The position numbers were made by a program, and so were the translations under genes. A stretch of DNA of 62,422 bases, filler included, from Rhabdomonas costata (Eukaryota): NCBI GenBank assembly GCA_019059605.1. It is 32 parts of 32 records of this genome, joined end to end, with 100 filler letters (N's around TTAATTAATTAA, not from the genome) between each part and the next. Parts side by side here need not be neighbours in the genome. Positions count along the whole stretch, not along the records: positions 11,721 to 13,580 come from JAHMHO010008165.1; positions 13,681 to 15,537 come from JAHMHO010008166.1; positions 15,638 to 17,491 come from JAHMHO010008167.1; positions 17,592 to 19,443 come from JAHMHO010008168.1; positions 19,544 to 21,404 come from JAHMHO010008169.1; positions 21,505 to 23,358 come from JAHMHO010008170.1; 26 more parts are not named here. One strand, given 5' to 3'. Positions 12,271 through 22,650 of the stretch are shown here, piece after piece. Every line of letters begins with the position of its first letter. The stretch's first letter is position 1. The notes beneath the pieces were generated by a model, which had not been told where the DNA came from, did no database searches, and was given only the letters and a program-made list of their open reading frames with translations.

Positions 12271-13554
12271 TTAGTACCACGGCGCCAACGGAAGGTTCTC
12301 CGGCTCCAGCAAGTTGTCCACCGCAGCCTTCAACTTAACCACGTGCGGGCTCGTAGGAGTGGGTTCCGAAACCCACAGCACAGACTCCACAGTGAACACA
12401 GAGTAGGGCACGAAAAGAAACTCTTCCTCCCCGGGAACAAGGCTCAACCCGCTGAGGTAGTTCACTTGCTTGCACCGCTTCGCAAGAACCGTGCGGCCCT
12501 CGGACTCCAGTACAACCACGTACAGCACGGGGGGGTGCCCATCCGCGAACGCACGGCCCGCGAACTCAATGGCCTTGGCCTTCCTGAAGGAGGTCGCCAA
12601 ATACCCAGGCACGCGGTATTTCAGCCCTGGGGTGTAGAAGGCGCGATGCTCCTCGGGAAGCCCTCCGCCGCGGTAGCACTGCCCATCTGGCGGGAAAGGT
12701 AGGGTGGTGAGGTCCGTGCCCGTCCGAGGCACCACGCACAGCTGGTTGATTCCCCGCACCAGCACGCACAGCGGGCCCAGGAGCTCGGGGTCATCTCCAC
12801 GAAGCACTGCGTTGATGATGAAGCTGAGTTCCTTCCTCTCATGGTCCGGATTAACCCCCAGGGTCCGGTAGGAAGTCCATAGTTTCTGCGCCATTTTCTT
12901 GGGATCACCCAGCAGAGCATCGGGGCCTTGGAACACCTCCTTCAGCAACTCCTCCAACAGGCTGGTCCAGGGAGTGGCTTGGCTGACGTCACTCGCACTG
13001 AGCCCAAGGCGACCACAATACATCCTCAAGATTCTCTCAAGAGAGTATATCAGCTGGTGCGGATAGGTGGGAGGCTGTGTCTCGTTGTAGATCCTCTTAA
13101 AGGCGGATCTCGCGAAGGTAGTTCTTGCACAAAGGGCACAGACTCGTTCCAGTTTCTGGTTCTGCTGCCGGAGGCTCGTAATCTCTGTCATAAGGCTCTG
13201 TTTCTCCCGTTCCAAGGCTTGGATGCTGCTCTGAAGGGTTTGATGTTGCGGCGGAAGCGCAGGGGCCTCCTGCACTGCTGGACGGCGTTCTACAGCATTT
13301 ACGACGGCCAGCTGCCTCAGAAGGGCTTGCACAGCCGTTGACATAAAAAGGTCAGCTCTGGGAATGGTTGCAATCGCCTTCGGGTCACTCTGATTTGAGG
13401 TGTCGCCGTGGCCAAGGCATCCATCCGACCCTTTTCCCCATGAGTACAGCCTATCCGTCGTTTGAGCCATCACATGGTCAGCGCCTGCGCAGATTGCGAT
13501 AACATGAGCATTCTTCCACTCCCACTTGAACATACGACCGTCCATGGTATCGTC
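12271..13554 (-). CDS. RCC1-repeat / coiled-coil / C-terminal ADP-ribosyltransferase (ART, R-S-E clade) protein, terminal exon, 5'-truncated
   Basis: 424-aa ORF. RCC1 blade 'IAICAGADHVMAQTTDRLYSWGKGSDGCLGHGD...P', heptad region 'LQSSIQALEREKQSLMTEITSLRQQNQKL', and ART motifs YRG, LATSF and GEEEFLF. A TGTGCAG acceptor lies just upstream of the called ATG. Confidence 0.85.
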   Translation of the reverse strand, partial: DDTMDGRMFKWEWKNAHVIAICAGADHVMAQTTDRLYSWGKGSDGCLGHGDTSNQSDPKAIATIPRADLFMSTAVQALLRQLAVVNAVERRPAVQEAPALPPQHQTLQSSIQALEREKQSLMTEITSLRQQNQKLERVCALCARTTFARSAFKRIYNETQPPTYPHQLIYSLERILRMYCGRLGLSASDVSQATPWTSLLEELLKEVFQGPDALLGDPKKMAQKLWTSYRTLGVNPDHERKELSFIINAVLRGDDPELLGPLCVLVRGINQLCVVPRTGTDLTTLPFPPDGQCYRGGGLPEEHRAFYTPGLKYRVPGYLATSFRKAKAIEFAGRAFADGHPPVLYVVVLESEGRTVLAKRCKQVNYLSGLSLVPGEEEFLFVPYSVFTVESVLWVSEPTPTSPHVVKLKAAVDNLLEPENLPLAPWY

Positions 13555-13680
13555 TGCACAGAATCCCCTCCCCCAAAACANNNNNNNNNNNNNNNNNNNN
13601 NNNNNNNNNNNNNNNNNNNNNNNNTTAATTAATTAANNNNNNNNNNNNNNNNNNNNNNNNNNNNNNNNNNNNNNNNNNNN

Positions 13681-13770
13681 TGTGGTGTGGTGTGGTGTGG
13701 TGTGGTGTGGTGTGGTGTGGTGTGGTGTGGTGTGGTGTGGTGTGGTGTGGTGTGGTGTGGTGTGGTGTGG
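13681..13770. repeat. (TGTGG)n pentanucleotide microsatellite
   Basis: 18 perfect units at the contig start. Confidence 0.95.
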
Positions 13771-14924
13771 AAGCAACCTGCTCAATTTTCTCTATGTGAA
13801 GTGTCAAAAATCTTTTGGATTTGCCTCCGCCAAGCATCCAGTTGGGACAATTCCTTTGCGTAATATCGCTGGGAAACAATTTGTTTTCGTGAGCTCTGCC
13901 AGTCTCTTAGGGACAGGACTGACCTTTTTTTTTTTGGAAGAGCAGCTTTGGCCTGCAACGGGTTCAGTCGCCCACACTCTCGAGATGGTTTCGATTTTTT
14001 TTTTTTCTGTCTAGGCTTTTTAGGGTCCCTGATATGTCTCTTTCCCTTTTCTTGATCAAACATTGCTCATTAAGCCTTGAAAAGCCACAACCGGATCTCT
14101 TCTTAGCACAAACACACAGTAGCTGACGGCATAAGACACTCGCACTCCCTGAGGAGCACATGCCACTTTCAGGCATTCCCCCCGTTCCACCCTTGTTCTC
14201 GGGGAATGAAGAGCTGTAGCGCAAAAATGGCGACATTACCCTCTTGCTAACTTCAGCCCCTGACACTTCTTTCCGAAGTGGACCTGCGGGCTGGTGTACG
14301 GCAAAATTCGTGTTGGACTGGAGGAGCGGGCGCCACCCATCGTTGGGAATTTATCGGAGAAACGACAATCACGAAACAGAAGAACCAACGGACTTGAGGA
14401 TTCTTTCTCTGAGGACTCTTTTGAAGCCATTGCACTCCATAAAGCGAAATCATGCGAGTACAATGGCATCAACCCCCCAGTGGCCATGTGCCGGAGCACG
14501 CAAACAACACCCAACCTTGTAAAAAGACGGATGTCATTCCAGCTGAAAAAGGTAAACAACACCGTCGAGATGCGAAAAATTCAAAACATTATTGCTCGAA
14601 AATAAAGCTAGTCACGCCAAAAATCCACAGTGTGCCTAACTGTAGATAGGACAGGTGACCAATCGTGCACTGAGGAGATCTTGCGATACCAGGACGCAAC
14701 ATTATTGCGGTGCGCGTCCTCCATTAGCAATTCTTCTCGAAGACAACACGAAGACAAAAAACTCGAAGGCAACACACTGGGCACATGTCACGTGTCACGT
14801 ATGTACAGCAGCAGGAAGGAAAACAAAGACGGAATACAGTCGATTCAGGGAGATCTCATCAAAGGTACAATTATTTGGAAGATGACAATGAATCACAAGG
14901 GTGTTAGCATAAGCAGAAATCTTC

Positions 14925-15537
14925 CTACGCTGAAGGAAGAACCTTGAGTCTCCGAAGCAACGAAGGCGCAGAAGATTCCTCGGAGAGGGTGACCTGATGC
15001 ACGACAGGAGAGGAATAGCCAAAAATCGCTAGGCAGGAGAACGGGAAGATTAGCGAGGTAACGACACAAGTTTTGTCATTGCTACCACTTACAAACCGAG
15101 TGCCATCACTGCTCACAGCCACGGCTTTGACGCGACCTGTGTGAATACAGATACTGCCCTCCTCATCACCCGACTCCAGATTCCATACTTTGACAGTCTT
15201 GTCCTCACTCCCGCTGACTACGCGAAATCCGTCAGGACTCGCTGCCACGCAGTTCACGGAATCAGTGTGGCCGCGCATGCATCGCTCCTCCTTGCCGGAT
15301 TGCAAATCCCACACCCTGACAGTGTCATCGTCGCTTCCACTGATCACTCGCCTTCCGTCAGGGCAAGCCACCACTGCGTTAACCCAATCGGTGTGCCCAA
15401 GCAGCGTGAGCTCCTCTTTTCCTGACACCAAGTTCCAAATTTTAAGCGTCTTATCGGAACTGGCGCTGACAATTCGGCTTCCGTCAGAACTGAACGCGAC
15501 GCTATTGACCGCCGCGGTATGACCAATGAAATTCATG
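14925..15537 (-). CDS. WD40-repeat protein fragment (about 4 highly regular repeats), 5'-truncated, possibly pseudogenised downstream
   Basis: Repeats of the form GHT..VN.VA.S.DG.R.VSGS.D.T.KVW.L.SG.EE. Coding-like sequence continues toward ~14240 but with stops and frameshifts. Confidence 0.88.
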
Positions 15538-15859
15538 NNNNNNNNNNNNNNNNNNNNNNNNNNNNNNNNNNNNNNNNNNNNTTAATTAATTAANNNNNNN
15601 NNNNNNNNNNNNNNNNNNNNNNNNNNNNNNNNNNNNNGGTGGGTGTGTTGTGTCCTCGAAAAATCTTGTGACCTTTGATCGATACCCATCGATTTGTGTT
15701 TTCAGTGAATGAAAGACTGCAATTGCGCCATGTGCTGCCACCAGTTGCCAATTGAAGCCTTTGGGGTGGAGACCATGGCTCCGCCACTCCCCTTTCCCTT
15801 TTTATACCGTTTTTCTTCGCGGTGCCCTGTCCCATGGCTGTCCCATTCCCTCCGTACAG

Positions 15860-17207
15860 TACATTCTCTCGCACATCTGCCCTGACGACGCAATCATTGT
15901 CACCCGAGTCAGCCGCCTTTCCGGGTCCCTGGAGTATGTGGGGACGTTCCCGAGCATGGCAGAAGCCCAGGACAGTCTCCCTGGGTTTAATGTCTTCCGG
16001 TAAACCACCCCGCGCTCTCCTCTCGTGCACCTCTGCAGTTTCAGAGTGCAAGATGTGAGACAGGAACTAGGTACACCCGAGTGGAGGGGGGGCACATTCA
16101 CTCTTTTGTGGGCCGGGCGGTCATCCAAGATTTCCTTTTGCAAAATGTAGTCAGGCGGAGATGCAGCAGGTTGCGACTGGCAAGATAGGAGCTGGGATTG
16201 CAATTTGGGCAAATGCAAAAGCAGTCAGTTACTTTGCGATGAATGTACCAGTATAGACGAAATTACGTGTTCAAAAGATATTTCTACGGAGCCCTACTTC
16301 GGATACACTGCCCGTGGGATATTTTCCCCAACACAAAATAGAAATGAAACGTTGGAAGAGAACGCGGTGGGGGTTGCTGCAATTAGTGCACCTCCTCGGC
16401 GGGTTTAAGGATTATTAAGCTGGCGATTCCTCTTTGGTTCCCTCGCTGGTTTGATGTGGCCTTTGTTCGCGGGTTTGGGCCCCCCTCCCCTCCCCAATTG
16501 AGAGGTGGGCATCTTCTTTTTGCAACATGCGCAGGGAGGCGACGCATGTGCTGGGATACAAGCTTCTCGGCCGCTGCGGGCAGCTCTTGGTGGCTACAGA
16601 GGCCAAGCATGCCTGCACTCTGCCACCCAATCACAGGTGAGTTGTGGGACGATACCTCGTCGTGAGCGGGGAAAAAGAAGAGCGTGTCGATACGTGCTCT
16701 CCAACCACTATAGCATGGCATCCATCCGTGTGCAGATGCGTGTTCACAGTTCGCAGTCATAGAGAGGAAGAGCAGGAAAAAATTGTGGAGCACCGCGCTC
16801 TCAGAAAATTAGCAAAAGTGGCGAAACAGAGTTATGGGGAAAGAAATAAAAAGAATAATACAATGTAATTAGCGGCCCGTGAGTGATCCATAATTCAACT
16901 CAGGAAGGAGTCTTCCAGATTGCCTACCGCATTACAACCTGCTTCAGCTGTTGGCGGTCATGTTGGTCAGCGGTTTATGCTAAGCTACCGTTGGACTGCT
17001 CTGACTCAGGATATATACTCTGTCTGCGGTGGAGTGGGTGTCAATGCCCCTCACGGAGCAGTCCGCTCTGGGCGGTGTTGTCAGCGACTCCTCCGACGAG
17101 CTGGAGTCGATGGCCTCGCTGAGGCGGTACAAAATGGACAGCCTGCTGTACTGCTGCGAGACGTACAACCTGGCCCAGCCCTTCCCCAATAATAGCGATC
17201 CTCACTT
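15860..17207 (+). CDS. SAC9-like SAC-domain phosphoinositide phosphatase, N-terminal exons (15860-15999, 16535-16636, 17010-~17207)
   Basis: Phase-consistent GT-AG splicing gives YILSHICPDDAIIVTRVSRLSGSLEY...FNVFR-EATHVLGYKLLGRCGQLLVATE...LPPNHR-IYTLSAVEWVSMPL...MDSLLYCCETYNLAQPFP. This is colinear with the plant SAC9 N-terminus as I recall it (AILGY..LG...LLVAT; VYTV.ESQW.KIPL; HYFC.TRDITRPFP). Confidence 0.8.
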
Positions 17208-18823
17208 GTGTGTGCCTTGCCCTCACCCTCACCGCCCGTGCATTATAGTGGAAAATTTATGACCAGAAGCAGCAAAGTTCATCTTGGAGCAGGGTGCAAT
17301 GTTCCGTCCCATCCGCAGACCCGCTTTATGCCATTCTGGACTTTTTTTTTAGGAAGTGCCATGCGGTGAGGTATTAATGAGCACAAATTTCGCAGAGTGG
17401 CTATATTGCCTTTGGCCTCAATGGTTGGGCAGTTGAGGCCAAAGGCAATATAGCCACTCTGCGAAATTTGTGCTCATTAATACCACACCACNNNNNNNNN
17501 NNNNNNNNNNNNNNNNNNNNNNNNNNNNNNNNNNNTTAATTAATTAANNNNNNNNNNNNNNNNNNNNNNNNNNNNNNNNNNNNNNNNNNNNTTGTTGTTG
17601 GTGGGTGGTTAGGGGCGTTGGTGGGGGAAGGGGGTATACCGAGAAAGGAGTGGAGCTCTTTGAGGTCTGGTGAAGCAGAGCGGGGCCAAGGGGGGCTCCC
17701 CCGGTGCTGCCTGAGCTCTCTCGGCGGTCGGGCTCTTGCAGGGAGGCCCCCAAGGGCATCATCACCGCACTCTGCTAAGGAACCACAAAACGGATGCGGA
17801 CCCTGGCAGATGGCACCACTGCGTCTAGGCATTGCCACCCGGTATCGCTATTTCAATTGGATCACTTTTTCTAATATTCCTTCAGCTCATTTATACAATG
17901 CAAACGCCAGCACCAATGAGTATGTTTTGGGTCACAAACAAATTGCGTCGCAACCCATTTGGCCGATGTTGCACGGGGGTGCATGTGTCTCTTGGGATTT
18001 GCAGGGGGCGGGGGGCAACAGGTGAAAAAAGTCTCCCCTCGGATTCCGATAGAAGAGTTAGAGGACGATTCAAGTGTTCCCTCAGGGTATGGAATTTACG
18101 GGGGGTAAGCAAGTAACATTGTAAACAAATTAAGAAATTGTGGTTTATCAGTGAAAACTAGTATGATTAAAGAACACCAAAAAAAGAGAGTGGTTGAAAA
18201 ACACCATGAAAAAGAGAAAAACTCCGCACCGCACATTCTGACATTTTGTGGGTGTTACCTGAAAAAATTGGGCCCCTTCTTTCCAAACACGGTATGAATT
18301 TAACGTCAGCACAATTCGGTACCAAGAAAAGCAAACCCGGCATGTAGCAAAGCGTTTCTCTGTTTTGTCCATTTTCGCGGGCAAGGTGCGATGCGGGGGA
18401 GGAGCAGGGAAACAGCTGAGGATTGGGGCAGGGAGGCATCGGCACCATTGGAGCGGGCCCTTCCTGTGGCGCCCCAGCGATGCCCTCGCGGCTACGAGGG
18501 CGCACGGCCACGGGGTGGGGCAGCGAGGGCGGGGTGTCCCCGTCCTCCAGCAGGGCCTCCGAGAAGCCCTCTCCGCTGTAGCACCCCATCGCCAGCTCCA
18601 TCGCAGTGGCCGGGGAGACACTACAACCGGAACACGAACCAAACTTATCGGTGCACTTCACCGTCGTGATAGAAAATTGATGGCTGGATTCAATAGCCTC
18701 CCCTTCCCCCCCGCTGGGTCCGTCCCGAACCTTGCTGCGTTGTAAACGCTACTCACGGCTGAGCTGCAAACACTATTCATGAATAGTGAGTGCAGGAGGA
18801 GGGAGGGGGACAAAGAGTCCAAG

Positions 18824-19440
18824 CCCAAACTGACTCAGAAAAAGCAAATCCTAGACTTGATGTTTTTTCGCTTTCCTCTTCATCTCTTCACATACCACAG
18901 TACAAACTGGGGCAAAGAAATGCAGTGGAAACGCAACCCCGGAAAGTGCATTTAAGGACTTGAATTGAAGGGACCGGTAGGGTAAAGAAGAGAAAGTAAG
19001 ACATGTGGGGGCAGCGGCGGAGTTCCCGCTTCCAGAGCTGGAGCCCCCACCCCCACCAAAAAAGCAGGTTCAGTGTTGGCGCCAAGCCCCAAGCACACCT
19101 GTGAGCGGGTTTCAGCATAGATGGCGCCAAAGAGGCGGCGCAGGGACGAGCGCCTGTGCGAAAAAACAAACATTTAAGCGACCCCCAACGTGAATGGCCA
19201 ACTCCCGTCAACGGTAACCAAACAGAACCCAGCGATACTCGCTCTGCATGCCGCGGGAAGCACTCTAACCTTATCCAAACATTTGACAATTCTTTCAAAA
19301 AAGAAGGCAACTGGCACATGCATCCCAAACTGACTCAGAAAAAGCAAATCCTAGACTTGATGTTTTTTCGCTTTCCTCTTCATCTCTTCACATACCACAG
19401 TACAAACTGGGGCAAAGAAATGCAGTGGAAACGCAACCCC
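18824..19440. repeat. 117-bp identical direct repeat (18824-18940 and 19324-19440), 500-bp period
   Basis: CCCAAACTGACTCAGAAAAAGC...GGAAACGCAACCCC occurs twice. The second copy runs into the contig end. Confidence 0.9.
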
Positions 19441-21559
19441 ACANNNNNNNNNNNNNNNNNNNNNNNNNNNNNNNNNNNNNNNNNNNNTTAATTAATTAAN
19501 NNNNNNNNNNNNNNNNNNNNNNNNNNNNNNNNNNNNNNNNNNNGGAGGAAGGATACGAACGCAGTGAGCATCCTGACGACCAGCTATCTACTCCACTGTC
19601 GGGTCTCTCAGTCCTTCGAGCCCCTCCCACTCTTACATCTTCTATACCTGTCTCTTCGTTCCACTCCCCGGCATAAGCCGGTACGTGTCACTCCGACCGG
19701 GCGAAGCCACGCAGGAATACCCTCGGGTTGGGTTTCACTTGCGGAGGGGATGTCGAGACCTTGGTCGAGGCATCCACGACAGTAGAAGGCCTTCATTCCC
19801 CGTTGGGTATGCTGCCTCTGTCGGTCCCTCCCTTTCACCACCCTAAGGTGCTGTCGGGAGGTCCCTCCACCTTCAACCATTATACCCACCTGTCTCTTCA
19901 GTCGTTCCACCGGCATAAGCACGGTTTCACTCCTTCCGACCGGGCGTAGCCGTAGTGGAATACATCCCTTACGCTTACCCTGGGGTGGTTGAAGGCTTCT
20001 GGTCATCCTGCCTTATGCACTGTAGGGAGGGTGAGGTTTATGCCTTCACTCCTTCGCCTCTCTGGCTGCAGGTCTCAACCACCAGTATCGCATAGCCATC
20101 ATGCCAACATCACCCTTACTCCTTCTACGCACTCACTAAGGGAGGGTGTCTGGAGGGGATGTTGCATGTCTGTCTTGGTGGCCTACGTGTATAGCAGGGT
20201 GTCACCAAGGACTATGCTGACATCTGGTGCTTGAGACGGTCATACTCTGCAGCATCGATCCTACGACAACATCACCTTTACCTCTATGTGTGTGGGTTCC
20301 CTGTAAGGATACGCCTACTACTACCATAGGGTTAGTGTATGTGTGTAGGTCTAGCGCATAGTTCCATCTGTGGTGCTGTACCAACGGGTGTGGTGATGCT
20401 ACCTCCAGTGGGTATGACCGCTGTGACCAACATCAACATCGCTAGTACTACTGCACGTGGGTACCTTAGCTGTGGTTCTACCGCTACATATACGTACGGT
20501 TGTACCTACTATGCTAAGTCCTGCACCCAGCCTCCTACGAGATGTGATGCAGCGCCAGACTCCCTGGGGCTCACAGGCATTGCCATACGTATAGGTATGG
20601 TTACCCAGCAAGCTCACCCCAGGCACCAACATCGGGCTCAGTTACGTGGGTTGAGTGGCATATACCACCGGTAACCACGCGCCTTGCCTCATGCGGGGCT
20701 GGTTTACGCTCTAGCCTGGCCTCCATCACCAGGACTTTCATCCTACGCCCAACTACGCAGGGTATCTCACTGCGACTCCTACGCATAGGGTCAACGTAAC
20801 ACGTGGTTCCAGCATCGCTGAGTTACATCGCGGATCGAGCGCCTTGGTTCAACTTCACCTCATGCGTCCATGGGTTACTGACCTCGTGAGCATCGTCGTT
20901 GTTGTCATCGTGTGTGAGTAAAGTGTTATGCGGTGTCTGTGATCTCCTCGGTCGTCTCACAGCTCGGTAGGACCCGGCCTTGCCTGTCGGTCAACATGCC
21001 TGTGACTGTGGATCGCCCTCCCTTCCTTAATGTTGGCCTTCCAACGCTGGAAATCCCGAAGGAAATCCTCGAACCCGAATGCGAATACCGACCTCCGAAG
21101 AGGAACCCCGACACCAAAGACCGAAACCCAAATACCCACCAACTCCGATACACTGAAATCCTCGACTCGGAGACACTAAGGCAAAACCCAACCCAGAAAT
21201 CGAAACCCAAACCCAGAAACGCGAAACCAACCCCGGGGGTGCAGGTAGAGGTGGACCTAAAAAGATGTATCCTCCCTGCGCCAGACATAAATACCAAAAC
21301 GAAAATGCAAAAGACCACCACCACATAAAAAGGGGCGCCGGGGTGCATGTGGGGATGGGGTAAGGGTGCACCCCCGGGTAAGGGTAAAGTTGGTGTCCCT
21401 AAAGNNNNNNNNNNNNNNNNNNNNNNNNNNNNNNNNNNNNNNNNNNNNTTAATTAATTAANNNNNNNNNNNNNNNNNNNNNNNNNNNNNNNNNNNNNNNN
21501 NNNNCCGAAGGTAGGTACATTAGTGCAGTTATGCCATTTTTATATATTAAAAAAAACGT

Positions 21560-22650
21560 TGTACGAGTCGGTGAGTATCCCTGCAAGCGCCCCCTCCCTC
21601 CCTCCACCCAAAAATCTCTTTTCAAATTTTCCGTGTGGATGCGGGAGAAGCCAACCACTCGACTTCCGTCAAATAAAGAGTTTTGGTTGCGTCTGCCACT
21701 CCCACACCTCGATCCTTCAAATGGGAGCGGCACCAGAAATGTGCGGGTGAGTTTATTCTCTTGGTGCGACCTGTAGTTCACTGCTGCTTGAGCTCACACT
21801 TGGCGCGCACTGATGAGCGGCGGGACGCCTCCCCGTGCCCCCTTACATCTTCTGCATAACGGCCGTCAGAGATTTGTGTGAGCCTCTATAATTTTCTGAC
21901 ATCGCCATCTCCGTCAGCCTTCAATTGCGGCGCTATTGATGTCCTGCTGCGGAGTACGAAGGTGTTTGTGTGCTGAAGAAACGTGAAGTTTCCAGGGTCC
22001 GGGGGAGGCGGAAAAAAAACCACGGCAAACCCCTGCGACAGAATACTTTCGAACCAGGCAGCGAACGTAACAAGCGATAGTAAAGAGGTTCGGAAGGGGG
22101 GGATAGGCATACCTGCCCATCCAGGCCTCTCGTGGCGCCGCAGGGCCAGAGGCTGGCTCAGGAAGGGGCTCCTGCAAAGAATAAGAGACCCGCACTGCGC
22201 TCACCAAACCGCAACGAAGAAGCTGCCACAACAACCGCAGCAACAGCTGCTGACTATGAGGCAACCAGAGGCCACAGGCACAGATGGGGTGACGGACACG
22301 TGCAGATATGCAGCCTCCGCAGACCCCTGTGGCTGCCTCAGTGTCAAGTCCATGGTCACAGAGTGAGAGTGGGTATCGTCAGCAAACCACATGGATAAAC
22401 GCACTACGCACGCTACAGGAAGTCATACAGAATGAAGATGTTCTGGCTCCGTCACCTACCACTGCTGCTACCACGGTGAGTGCTGGTGGGGGTGGGGTGC
22501 TCTGCGGGATGTGGGAAACCTCAGTGGAGTTCTCCAAGAAGTGCGGATCCGTCTCGTCGTCATCGTCGTCGTCCGAGCGGCGCACCCCAGTGGGGGGCAG
22601 AAACTCATAGGTGCTCGTGATGCACACCGGCTTTCGACGGGTTGGGGGCC
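21560..22650 (-). CDS. Multi-exon hypothetical protein fragment
   Basis: Phase-consistent GT-AG chain: EPLPEPASGPAAPREAWMGR (~22171-22113), SHQENKLTRTFLVPLPFEGSR (~21770-21708), DTHRL. An acidic exon (DDDDDDE) lies upstream. Confidence 0.5.

Noticed and set aside
17371..17483. Perfect ~50-bp-arm inverted repeat
   Set aside because: At the contig end with identical arms, so probably an amplification artefact.
20390..20470. Minus-strand peptide AVVLAMLMLVTAVIPTGG resembling cox1 'IAVPTG'
   Set aside because: The flanking invariant cox1 residues (WAHH, the K after PTG) are absent, so it is probably a chance match.
21810..21899. Box C (TGATGA) ... box D (CTGA) snoRNA candidate
   Set aside because: No terminal stem or recognisable rRNA guide, and such motifs are expected by chance.
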